Source: the human T2T-CHM13v2.0 reference genome, Homo sapiens. From it: a stretch of 64,000 nt of DNA. Under the pieces are notes generated by a model. The model was not told the origin of the DNA, did no database searches, and was given only the letters and a program-made list of their open reading frames with translations. Shown here piece after piece: positions 47,193-59,849 of this stretch. A program made the translations under genes and the position numbers. Position 1 is the first letter of the stretch, and each line of letters starts with the position of its first letter. The stretch lies in the NCBI RefSeq assembly GCF_009914755.1, contig NC_060932.1; one strand, written 5' to 3'.

Positions 47193-49344
47193 AAAAAATT
47201 AGCTGGGAATGGTGGCACAAGCCTATAATCCCAGCTACTTGGGAGGCTGAGGGAGGAGAATCGCTTGAACATTGCTTGGACCTGATTCAAGCAATTCTCC
47301 ATAGCCCCACTGCACTCCAGCTTGGGTAACAAAGTGAGACTCCATCTCAAAAACAAACAAACAAAAAACACAATGAGGTACCACCGTACCCCAATCAGAA
47401 TAGTCATTATTAAAAAGTCAAAAAACAATAGATGGTGCAGATGTGGTAGAAAGAGAACACTTACACACTGTTGGTAAGAATGTGTATTAATACCACCTCT
47501 GTGGAAAAGAGGAGATGTCTCAAATAACTAATAGTAGATATACCATTTGACCCAGCAATCCTACTAGTGGGTATCTACCCACAGGAAAATAAGTCATTAT
47601 ATCAAAAAGACTGGACAATTCATACATGTAACCAAAAAACACTTGTAACCCTAAAGCTATTGAAATTTAAAAAATTATTTTGCTACAAACTAGCATTTAA
47701 TCTCCAAAATTAAAATAAAAAATACAATTTAAAAATCTGCTCACTTAACAAATTTCAAGTATATAATACAGTATTATTAACTGTCGTCACCATGCTGTAC
47801 ATTAGATCTGCAGAATGTGTTCCTCCTGTCTAACTTAAACTTTGTACCCTCTCCCAACATCTTTCCAACAACCCATCTGCAGCCCCTAGTAACCACCATT
47901 CTACTTTCTGCTTCTGTGAGTTCATCTTTTTTAGATTTTACATAAAATGAGATCACGCAGTATTTGTCTTTTCATGCTTGGCTTATTTCACTAAATGTTC
48001 CTCAGGTTCCTCCATGACAGGATTTCCTTTTTTAAGGAAAATTAAAAAATTCCATGACAAATGACAGGATTTCCTTTTTTAAGGCTGAGCAATGTTCCAT
48101 CGTGTATATATATACACACACACACCACATTTTCCTTTTCCATTCATTCATCGATGGACACCTGGGTTATTTCCATATCTTGGCTATTGTGAATACAACA
48201 TAAGTCCCAGAACTTAAGTCTAAAACTAGAAGAAAACATAGGGAAAAAATCTATTGACATTGATCTGGGCAACGATTTCTTGGCTGTAACACCGAAAGCA
48301 CGGACAACAAAAGCAAACAGACAAATGAGACTGCGTCAAACTAAAAAGCTCCTCAAGGCAAAGGAAACAATCAGCAGAAGGCAGAGACAATGTACAGAAT
48401 GGGAGAAATATATCTGCAAATAATGTACCTGATAAAGGGTCAATATCCCAAATATATAAGGAACGCAAACAACTCAATAGCAAGAAAGAGAATCACCTGA
48501 TTCGAAAATCAAAGGACAAAAATAGACATTTCCCAAAAGAAGTACAAATGGCCAGCAGGTGTATGAAAAAATGTTGTAACATTTATGTCAGAAAAATGCA
48601 AATCAAAACCACAATGAGATATCACTTCACACCTATTAGAATGGCTGCTATAAAAAAGACAAAAGGTAACAACTGTTGGCAAGGATATGGAAAAAAGAAC
48701 CCTTTTACACTGTTGGTAGAAATGTTCATTGGTAAAGCCATTAGAGAAAACTGGGTAGAGATTCCCCGAAAATAAAAATATATATATACCTACCATATAA
48801 TTTAGCAACCCTACTTCTGGGTATATATCCAAAGGAATTGAAATCAGCATGTTGAAAATATACCTGTATTTTCATTCTCATTCTTTAAGTTGTAAGGCTT
48901 ACAATATATTAAGAAAATGATCATGCAATTGTGCAAATAATTGGATGAAAAAATGTTTCACTACAATTATTTGCATAATACTATTACCTATTTCTAAACC
49001 ATTTGGTTGGATTATAGATGTTTACCCTCATGATTTTTTTAAGTCATTAGAAAATCAACAGAATAAAATAGGCCTTTTATTTATGAAATAAAATGGTAAA
49101 AACAGGCTTTATGGAGAAACCTAAAGGGACAGAATTTCCTTCCCACTTACTTTATCTCGCATGCATTCAAACTAAACACCCCTTCATCTACAAATAGATT
49201 GTTTTCATGGGACTAATGTGATCAGTAGGTTTTCTTTAAAAATATTTTCATTCTTTGAAGCTAGAAAATAAAGATAAAACTGACCATAAAACGCAAATTA
49301 AGAAAATTATATTTCCCATCATCCTATTTAAGATTTCTCCATTA

Positions 49345-49663
<319 letters not shown>

Positions 49664-49797
49664 AAAAAAATTGAGAATGTAGAGAGAAAATTGTCTCTCT
49701 TTTCTCCTTCCAGAGGGCATGTTTCCCCAGGAGTTTTGGAGAAGGGGATCAAGCCATGAGTTTGCCTTTGCAATGGTATGCTTGAAAAGAAAGGAAA

Positions 49798-50092
49798 GGC
49801 GCAGTGGCTCATGCCTATAATCTCAAAACTTTGAGAGGCCGAGGAGGGTGGATCACCTGAGGTCAGGAGATTGAGACCAGCCTGGCCAACATGGTGAAAC
49901 CCCGTCTCTACTGAAAATACAAAAATTAGCTGGGCATGGTGGTGCAGGCCTGTAATCCCAGCTACTCAAGAGGCTAGGGAAGGAGAATCGCTTGAACCCA
50001 GGAGGCGGAGGTTGCAGTGAGCCAAGATAGTGCTACTGCACTCCAGCCTGGGTGACAGAGCGAGACTCTATCTCAAAAAAATAATAATAATA
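49798..50092 (+). mobile_element. AluSx-type
   Basis: GATCACCTGAGGTCAGGAG; TSD AAAAGAAAGGAAA(GG). Confidence 0.9.
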
Positions 50093-50238
50093 AAAAGAAA
50101 GGAAAGGATAAAAGATGAAGAAAAATTAGTGTAATAGTAAATTAATATAATAATTTTTGTTTCCTTTGAATGAAGAAAATATAATTTAATATGTAAGGAA
50201 GTATATAATGGAATCAAATGATTTTGGGGAAAAGTGCA

Positions 50239-50259
50239 TGTGTGTGTGTGTGTGTGTGT
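50239..50259. repeat. (TG)n microsatellite
   Basis: Direct reading. Confidence 0.9.
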
Positions 50260-51087
50260 ATTTAATATCTGATATTTAACAATCAGCAAATATTAAACAG
50301 GCAGCTGGCAGAATTCTCTCCACATTAGTACCAGCACACATCTGAATAACTGCCTTGTAGTCTGTTGGCTAGCTCCCAGCCTTCTCTGTATAGCCAGCTG
50401 GGTTTTCTTGAAGAAAATCTTCCTTGCTTTTTTCAGATGATTTACCTCCTTACGTGGGTCCTCCAATTAGACAGGAAAAAAATGGAAGCCTTCATGCATC
50501 ATTGCCAAAAAACTAGAAGCTTTAGTAAAGTTTCTATGTTCTAACTTTTTATGAAACATAAATTGTGTAACTCAGTGTAGGAGATGATTTTTAACAGACA
50601 GGTTTGAATAAATAGTGTAAGCAACAGCATGAATATTTAAATGCATGAATATTTTGTTGTTGTGGTTACTTTTTTTTTTTTGAACAGTAAAACATTCCAC
50701 GAAGTTTCAAGAAACAACCACATCAGATTTTCAGACAGCAATTTTTCTTAGCTGCTAAGATTTTCACCTATTTCTAAGCTCTTTTCAAGTTTTTTGTCAA
50801 TATTTATTTCAAGATTATTTGCATAGTCTTTTCAACCTTTCCTTAGCTGTATGAACCTTTTTAAACCTGTTCATAAGTGTGTTTCGTTTTCCTTCTGTAA
50901 TTAATGAGACATTTATTGTGTTATTTCCTGACTGGCTCTGTTGAAAATAGCTGATATCTGTTATCTGATCTTGGGAGAGACTCATTTTTTTTCTTTTTAA
51001 ATATCAGCATTGTCAGCAAGCACTGCAAAACCAGCCCTGTTTATTCATTATTCTATTTAATGGAAATGTCTATTTCACAGAATAGAA

Positions 51088-51138
51088 GTGACCATGGCAA
51101 CATGAAGTTGTAAAAACAATCTCCAGGAGGTGGCAGCA
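51088..51138 (+). promoter_or_regulatory. Candidate RFX X-box plus CTCF motif pair
   Basis: GTGACCATGGCAAC (51088-51101) and CCAGGAGGTGGCAG (51123-51136) in apparently non-repeat DNA. Motif match only. Confidence 0.4.
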
Positions 51139-51953
51139 ATTTTCAGCATTTTAGTACATTTCCATCCATTAAAATATACTTTATATATGCCCTGTCTACT
51201 ATTTAACCAGCTCATCAGTTTAATATTTCTTTAATGTATCTTTTACCGCCTGCTACTTCCCATTTTTCCCTTCTTATTTTCACTGGAGGCAAAGAAACCC
51301 ACTAGAGTCCCCTTGGGGGGCTCATCATCATCTCCTCAACTAACAGGTAGCTCCCAGTCCAAACGCTCACTGTGGGGGCTTGCTGGATCTTTCGGCTATT
51401 TGTTCTCATTTTCACTTATTTCCTCTCCAGCCCTGTGACAAATGATTTTGATTTTTACTCTACTGAGTGGTCAACATTCTTTTTACAGTGGAAATTTTAG
51501 TAATCCTAAGGGTTTTTTTTTTCTTAGCTGCTGCTGTTTTTCTTCAGAACTAACAATTTCTACTCTTATTGAGTGTTTTTTTATCTTTTGTTGCATGAAC
51601 ACTTTTACTACTTTCTGCTATACAAATATACATATATTTATACATATAATCAACCAGTGTTAATACTTTCTGGTGTGTGTGTTTGTGTGTGTGTGTGTAT
51701 CCATCCACAGATATATATATATATATTTATTTATTTTCTTCTAGAAGATATTAGTGGTCATCTTTCTAATAAAGAAAAGGCTTGGACAATTATTTGCTAG
51801 CATACTTATACCAAAGAAGGGTTTCTCTTTTTCCTATCTACCACCAGCTCAAGAGTTAGTACGTTAAATATTTGAGTCTTTGAAGAGACAAGTAAATACC
51901 AGCTATTGGAGAGCATGACTTTATTGACCTATTACAATTATTCTAAAACCATA

Positions 51954-52322
51954 TGTGTTAGTTCAGGCCGCTATAAGAAATTACAATAGACTTGGTGACT
52001 TAAATAACGAGCATTTATTTCTCACGGTTCTGGAGGCGGGGAAGTCCAAGGTAAAGGTGCCTACAGACCCGGTGTCTGGTGAGGTCCCACTTCCTGGTTT
52101 TCAGATAGCCATCTCCTCATTGCATCTTCACATAGCAGAGAAGAGAAAGAAAGAGCAAAAGAGAGCTCCTCTCTCTTCTATGATGCACTAATCCCATTTA
52201 CACGACCTCTACCCTCATAACCTCATCACCTCCCAAAGGTATCATTTCCTAATATTATCACATTGGAGGTTGGAATTTCAACATAAGGATTTTAGGGGTA
52301 CACAAACATTTGTTTTATAACA
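51954..52322 (-). mobile_element. MLT1A0-type MaLR solo LTR, complete
   Basis: TG...CA ends; TTTATTTCTCACGGTTCTGGAGGC...AAGTCCAAG; TSD CCATA/CCATG. Confidence 0.88.
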
Positions 52323-52429
52323 CCATGTTTTTAAATATTTTCTGCAGTTTCAAGGCCTCCTTTTTTCCAAAGGAAAGAATCTATCTACCTACCTACCTAC
52401 CTATCACACATAAACACACGCACAAGTAT

Positions 52430-52562
52430 AGAGCCCAGCTGCTCTGGTTGAAGTGGAGGGGACCCACAGACTTCCTGCTATCCTACCCAATCCCTAAAAT
52501 GATCCCTGAGACACCACCAGGAGTTCCAGGGTTCCACAGAACACAGTTTGAAAACTCCCATT
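52430..52562. mobile_element. hAT-Charlie MITE relic
   Basis: Terminus CACAGAACACAGTTTGAAAACTCC. Confidence 0.4.
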
Positions 52563-52804
52563 GTAAGGTAATTTTTAAGAATGCTAAAGTAAATTTAAAT
52601 TGTATGACTATCAGACAAAAGCTGGGGAAATAACTAATGGATCAATTCAAATGGTTTCAAAATACAATCATGTCAAGATAACCTCTTTATTTCCTGTCAG
52701 ACAGGCATCATGCTAGTCCTCATATCTTTGTAATCCCAGGAACGTCAGACTCTAAGGAGCGGCCATCCCATATGTCACCTCATGCTTGAGATACGGTGTT
52801 GGGG

Positions 52805-53072
<268 letters not shown>

Positions 53073-53119
53073 ATACGGTGTTGGGGAGCTAACTGTTCAG
53101 TTACTTCACTTCCTCTAGC

Positions 53120-53305
53120 TCCATAGTTCTCAACCCTTGCTACACATAAAGTAATTGATGAACTTTAAAAATATATATACACATATACAGGTCACACCCA
53201 CGAACAAATGATTCAGTCAGACTCTGGGGACTGAGCCTGCCTGGCCCTGTTTCGAGAACCCATCCTCAGGTGATATTTATGTGAAACCAGAGTACAGAGC
53301 CACCA
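53120..53305. mobile_element. MER5A-like MITE
   Basis: AGTTCTCAACCCTTGCTACACAT...GATTCAGTCAGACTCTGGGG...CAGGTGATATTTATGTG...AGAGCCAC. Confidence 0.6.
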
Positions 53306-53814
53306 AGAAGAACTCCTAATTTCCTTTTTCTGTTTTCAAAAGAATATATATCTAGTTGAATTTTGACTCCTCAAAGTTGTTTTCCTCTAACCATGCATTA
53401 CACAGGGACCCACAGCCTATCAGACATTATGCCACACCTAAAATGAATTAACTCCTATAAAGTAAAAACATGGATATCAAAAATAGAAATTATTTGCTAA
53501 AGCCACCTACACTATATTTAAGTTGTGGAGGATTCATTGCCTCAAAAAATGCAGCTTTAGTCCTAGAACAGAAGAAAAAATATTCTAGGTAGTTAAATAT
53601 GTTCTGTAATATGTTTTATTTAAGGGGCCAAATTGAATTATGAAATTCTAGAATTTAATTATGTTTGTTTACTGTGTTTTTTAAAGTTCACTTTTTAAAA
53701 ATTACTAAAATTTAAAGGGTTTATTTTAATAGACTTATCTTTTCCTTAAAATTCTAAAATATGCTGTTAAAAGACTATTAGAAATGGGAAGGACAGTAAA
53801 AGCATCTCTCTCTC

Positions 53815-54328
53815 TGTCAGAATCAAAAAAATGCCTTAGTTCAGATATTTGAAAGAACTCACCACACTGCACAGAGCATAGTCATGTACAGTTTTTATTC
53901 AAAGGCAATGGATACAATGCCTCAAGAGAAAGAAAGGGCAGGAATCATTAGGGGTCCGACTGGCATCCCATGAGCAAGTTCCCAGTGTCATTAGTCACAA
54001 AAGGATCTGATCACGCTCTGTCTCCAGACTGAATCATCAAGATCTCTGTAAAGAATCCAGGCTTCAGGAGAGCTCAAAGCAGGAGTTCCCATTGGTGGTT
54101 CTATGCTCCTATGGGCATATGAACAGATCAGGTTATGCCAATTGTAAGCCACTGGTAAATATTCTGACCCCGAGGGTCAACCAAGGGAGCTTAGAATTTT
54201 AAACAGCATATACCTTAAACAGCACTGTTTTTATCTTGGCCAAGAGTCATAAATCAAGTACCCAGGATTCCCCTCAGGTAAAGGTAGAGTATTTCCAGTA
54301 CAGCTATAAACCAACTCTATATTCCACA
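53815..54328 (-). mobile_element. Possible ERVL LTR of the MER21/MER68/MER77 group
   Basis: TG...CA, about 515 bp; GAAAGAACTCAC...CATAGTCATG...TTTATT...GGATACA resembles that group's antisense end. No TSD seen. Confidence 0.4.
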
Positions 54329-54479
54329 GGTTCATAGTTCAGAAAAATAAAAATGAAACCCAATTTACTATATTTTAAGTGAAGTAGATTCTGCAAATTT
54401 TCGTCTATGAAAAATCTAAACACTTTGTGTTTCTCCTTTCTATTCTAACCATTTTTTCTAACCAGTATCCTTGCCATTC

Positions 54480-55250
54480 CTCCTCTAATTTCAGATTTTA
54501 GACTTTCCATATCTGGCTTATATAATGTTCCTTTATTTGTATGTTACATAAAAATATAAATGAAGTGGTCTTTCTAGAGCTCACTTGCTTAAAACTCTTC
54601 ATTGCCTTTGGGAAACAGCCTAAAGCTGGGCTTGACCTGATCTTGCCCACCCAGCACCTTCCATTCCAGTCTCCCTAGACCACTTGTGGTTTCTCTTAAC
54701 ACTGAGCTATTTCATCTTTGTTTACTTCCCACACCTCAAATGTCTTACAGTTTTGTGAACCTACCTGGATATTTAAAACCCTAAGCCTTTATGCATGCTG
54801 CTTCCTTTCTGTGATAAAACTATTTCCCCAGATAGGGGGAATTTTATCTTTGCCTAAGCAATTATTGGTCATCTTTGAAGACGGCTCAGGCTGTATCTCT
54901 TCTCTGTGCATTTCTGAATATGCTGTTACTCAAAGCTCAGGTAGAATTGTACACTCTTTCCTATCACATTGCTTTAATTATATACTTATAAATATATTGG
55001 CTTAATGTTTCTTTACCTTGTTATATTGCAAGCTCCTTGAAGGCAAAATTCCTGTCATTTTATTCATAATATCCCAGCACATACCACAGTGCCAAGCTCA
55101 CAGAAGACTCATCCATCCACTCACGTATCAAAAGTTTTTGAGTGTCTAATTTGTACCAGATACTGTTCTAGGCACTGATGACATAAAAGTGAACAAAAGA
55201 GACAAACCATCTGATTTTATGAGCCTTATATTTTAGTGGGAGATTAAAAA
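54480..55250. mobile_element. L2 relics, tail to tail (sense to ~55110, antisense after)
   Basis: GCAAGCTCCTTGAAGGCA...ACAGTGCCAAGCTCACAG, then TTTTTGAGTGTCTAATTTGTACCAGATACTGTTCTAGGCACTG. Confidence 0.7.
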
Positions 55251-55703
55251 ATATGTATATTATATATATTAGATAGGCATAAATGATGCTTAATAAATAC
55301 ACGTTGAACACGTAGCCACTGTTAGCCTATAATTATTTCTAATTGGACCATAAGCTCCTTGAGGGCAGATTTAATGTTATTAATTCCCATGAACCACACA
55401 CAGAGCTTGATAATTTTTACTTATTTTTCATCAAAGCCAATAAAGAAATGTTCTGACAGTAATTTTTTTGTAAAAAGAATCAATTACTGTCTTTGGAAAT
55501 GTAATTGACAGAAGCCTAATTATAACAGCTATTCTCGTCATGTCTTCATTTAGAACAATAGTATTATCTTCCTTCTAAATAGCATTTGATTTAGAAAGTT
55601 TACAGTGAACTTTTATATTTTCTACTTTATCTTGTTGCATTTTATATGGATAATGCTTTCTAAGGTGTTCTTACAGTCCTCTTTCTCTGTAAATTGTTCT
55701 CCC

Positions 55704-55795
55704 CTTCCTTGCTCCTCAGCTTGCAGACTATTGTGGGATTTCACCTTGTGATTGTCCGAGTCCATACTCCTTAATAAACTCCCCTTTATATATAC
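55704..55795 (+). repeat. 92-bp local copy of MLT2A1 segment 56469-56560
   Basis: 90/92 identical by direct comparison. Confidence 0.92.
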
Positions 55796-56159
55796 CAGCT
55801 CCTTGGAGGTTAAAATCCAGAAGCTGTGTACATGCTGAGTGATCTTGTCCCTCGGAAAATAGGGATGAGACTGACCAGTGGTGGATAACTGTCCCATGTT
55901 GAGTCAAACAGATTCTCTCTCCAGTGAATTTAGACTTGGGTCTGAGAGGCAGCACACTGTTCTCCATATGTGTCTGCAACTATCATAAATAAACTGGGAG
56001 CTGTGGGATGAGGGAAGAGAATTGAGAAGTTTGAGATGATTTAAGAGATTTACCAGGAACAGAGCACAGAGAAATTAAAGAAAGAGAAACAAATGCATCT
56101 GGAAGGCAAGAGGGAAAGGGTAGGATTTAGCAAGGACAGGCAAATGCTTATTTGGGGGT

Positions 56160-56606
56160 TCTGGTGGTTAATATCGAGTGTCAACTGGATTGGATTGAAG
56201 GATGCAAAGTATTGTTCCTGGGTGTATCTGTGAGGGTGTTCCCAAAAAGATTAACATTTGAGTCAGTGGACTGGGAAAGGTATTCCCACCCTCAACCTGG
56301 GTGGGCACAATCTGATTAGCTGCCAGCATGGCCAGAATACAAGCAGACAGAAGAACATGGAAAGACTGGACTGGTTTAGTCTTCTGGACTACATCTTTCT
56401 CCCCGGCTGAATGCTTCCTGCCCTGGAACATTGGACTCCAAGTTCTTCAGCTTTGGGACTCAGACTGGCTTCCTTGCTCCTCAGCTTGCAGACTATTGTG
56501 GGATTTCACCTTGTGATTGTCCGAGTCAATACTCTTTAATAAACTCCCCTTTATATATACATCTATCCTATTAGTTCGGTCCCCCTAGAGAACCCTGACT
56601 AATACA
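56160..56606 (+). mobile_element. MLT2A1 (HERV-L) solo LTR
   Basis: GGTTAATATCGAGTGTCAACT...GGATTGAAGGATGCAAAGTATTG...CTAGAGAACCCTGACTAATACA. Confidence 0.9.
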
Positions 56607-58074
56607 GCAGTATTTAGAAGAAGGGAGAGCATGGTTTCACAACATTGCAAGTTGTGTGGAGTGCCTCTATCATTGGGTGACCATTTGTGTCCATATATGG
56701 ATAAAAATATCATTTTCGCTTTTTTGATGCTTTCTCTAATAACTTTTTTCTCCCCATCTAAATAAAGGAAAATTTTATTTTATTACTTTGTTCTAGATAG
56801 TTCCAGCAAATTGAATAGAATTTTGAGCTAGCTTTGTTAGTGTAAAAAGCTATCAAATATTAATGTTTGAGGCAATTCCCTTGTCATTTGGGAACAATAT
56901 AGGCCGGCTCTATCCTTCAAGGTTAATTGCAGTTAAAATATATGTTTATAATTTTTCTGGAAGAAGTGCTTGTAAACTTGGGTAACAAATCTAAAAATAG
57001 CATTGTAAGTCTTAATTGTAGTAATAATTATGTATTATTTACATGATGTAGTTACTTAAGGCTATTAAAACATCTTAACTCTACTAACTCATTTGTAATC
57101 TTAATGTGCAAAGTTACTACGAAGGAAGAATTATAGTAAGAATAACCCAACACAAGATGTAACAGTGACAGTGCTTCATATTTATCAAGTCACTGGGTCA
57201 TATATATTGTATTATTTTTTTCTTTATATTAATCTTCTGAGGCAGAAAATCTACTCCCATTTCATAGGTGGAAATAACTTATTGATCTCGTATTTATGGT
57301 ACTCTTTTTAAATTCTCCTTGATTGGAATTCTGTAATTATAGAGAATCTTAGAAATTAATCTGGCCAGTCATGTTAAATAAAATTAAAGCCCAGAGAAAA
57401 GTGACATATTTAGGCCACAGAACTTTTGTTTGTTTGCTTGATTAATGTTTTAATGATTTATTTTGGTCCAAAATATAAATAGTGATGAGGTTAAGAAGCT
57501 CTGCTTTAAGCCACCTCTTTCATATCCTAATTTATTTCATTCTGTGTTCTTCCTTAATACCATTACCCCAGGAAAATGCATGTGTTGTCCTTTGTCTCCG
57601 CTACATGAAGTCTGCCCTCATAGCTGGTAGCTAGGCAGTGATTAAAGATGCAGTAGATGTGGAGTAATAGGTAACAGCACTTTTTTTCTTTTTCTTTTTT
57701 TAAAGAAAATACTGTTTGTTAAAAAAAGAAAAGAAAAGAAAACTCCAAAGTGGTCTTTGTTCATATTTAAAACTAAATTCTATTTATTTATGTATGCTTA
57801 AAAAGATTGTTAACAATGGTTTATTTTGGAGAATGAAAATGAAGAAGACAGGGATATGAAAGATGACTTTTTAAAAAATACTTTTCTATATATGTGAGTA
57901 TTTAATAACAGGAACACTATATTCTTGCATTAAAAACATGATATAAAATCTTTATTAAAAAGTTGAAGTTTTCTAAATGGAACCTAGAAATGAACACTGG
58001 TAGAGTTCAGATATATGCTTTTTCTTAGAATACAATTTTGCAATATTTCGAAATCAAGCCATATGGGAATAATC

Positions 58075-58330
58075 TAACCATTCAGCAAACAAGTAGGTAT
58101 TGAGTGCTTATCCACACAAGGATACAGTCATGAAGGATGCAATTCTTATATTCAATTTGCTAACTATCTTAGGATAATTATTATGTGAACACAGAAGAAG
58201 GGTGCCTAACGTAATCTGGAAATACCACAGAAGACTTCCTGAAAGAAGTGTCTTGGCCTGAGTCTCGAAGAATGAGCAGTTATTAATTAAATGAGGTTAG
58301 TAGGGAAGAATGCTCAAAGGAAAAACAACC
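58075..58330 (-). mobile_element. L2 relic
   Basis: GAACACAGAAGAAGGGTGCCTAAC...GAAGACTTCCTGAAAGAAGTG...CTGAGTCTCGAAGAATGAG. Confidence 0.65.
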
Positions 58331-59654
58331 TGAAGATAAGGACGCTATGTTTCAGCGCTGAAGGGCCTGGTCATTAGGGAAATGGAGACCTTCTGTTCCT
58401 GCTCCTTGCCGTTTCCACCCACTTCACTTCCTCTCATTTTCCTCCCTTTGTTTGAAAAATAGTTAAGACAAACATTTCACCTGTCCAATAAGCCAGTAAA
58501 GAGAGAAATGGTAAAAATAAAAGAGAGGAAAGGAATACATTATGGACAGATGTCTACTGAGAGGTGAGAGAGGCTCAGAAGCAGGGCAGGCACCAGAAGT
58601 TTAATTAGCCATGGATAGGAAGATGGTAGCCGTTCAGAAAGCAGATCAGAAAAGACTTACATGAAAGTATATTTAATAGAGTGGTTTAGGTCAGGAAATA
58701 TAAATTGCTACCTGATGCTATTTTTCTATTGTTTCCTGAGAATGTAGAACTTACTGAGTAAACTGGGTACTTAAGGGCTTACAGAAAGGTATGCAAGATA
58801 AAGTTCCTATCTTTGTGTAATCTAACAGAAGAGAGAAGACACATATTCCAATAATGATTATAAAAGAGAATGAGTGATAAGTACGATGAGATAATGAAAA
58901 ATAAAGTGTTAGGGAGTTCAGAGATGGGGACATTCTTTCAGGCAAGGATGTTATTGCTTATTGATTTATAACTGCCAGATAATAAAGGTAATTGCACATT
59001 GGTAAAAATTGGAGTCTAATCTAAAAATCAGATGAGTGGATAAATAAGTCAAACCAAATTAATCACCAAAGTGAAAATTAAATATTCACCACCAGTATGT
59101 TCTCCAATACACAGGGGCTATTGCTTTTCTATTAGTTATAATAATGGGCTAAATTGTCTACTCTAAATAATCTCTTTCTCTTTCATCTTCTCTCCCTTCA
59201 TCACTCCCTTCTTCCTCCTCTCCTCTTTTTTCTTCTCTGCCCTTTTCTTATCCTCACATATTTGAGAATCTATTAAAGTTCTCTGAGATTCACAGAACTG
59301 ATCTTACTCTAGTGACAAGCACCAGAGATCTCACTAGAGGAATTCTAACAGGTAAGTTTGCAAGAACTAAAGAAGAAAAAGAAGAAGGAGTAACAAATAG
59401 CATTGAATATAGGAGAGAGAAAGGTATTAAGATTAAATTAAGAAGGAGGAAGAGACAGAATAAACCAAACTCTGGCTCTCCCAGGAGACTAGGGAGACTG
59501 AGATATAAGATTATTATGATACACGAGAACCAGGAAGTAATCTTTCTATTAATAAAAAAGAAAACACATTACTACATTCTATTTGTTTTTTCTTCTTCTT
59601 CAGATGATGGAGACATTGAAGGAGGCTCAGAAAATACTTAGTCAACAAGCATTT

Positions 59655-59849
59655 ATTATCCCTCTACCCCAGAGGATATTTGGCAATGTCTGGGGACATT
59701 TTTGATCTTCACAACTGGGGAAGGAATGCTACTGGCATCTAGTGGGTAGGGCCAGAGATGCAGCTAAGCATCCAACAATGCACACAGCATAGCCCCCACA
59801 GCAAAGAAATAGCCCCAAATGTCAATAGTGCCAAAGTTGAGAAACTCTG
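59655..59849. mobile_element. MER20 hAT-Charlie element
   Basis: GGATATTTGGCAATGTCTGGGGACATTTTTG...GCTACTGGCATCTAGTGGGTAG...AAATGTCAATAGTGCCAAAGTTGAGAAACTCTG. Confidence 0.9.

Noticed and set aside
59312-59641. 109-aa basic ORF
   Set aside because: Non-ATG start, low-complexity purine-rich sequence, no recognisable domain; it also runs through the putative intron.
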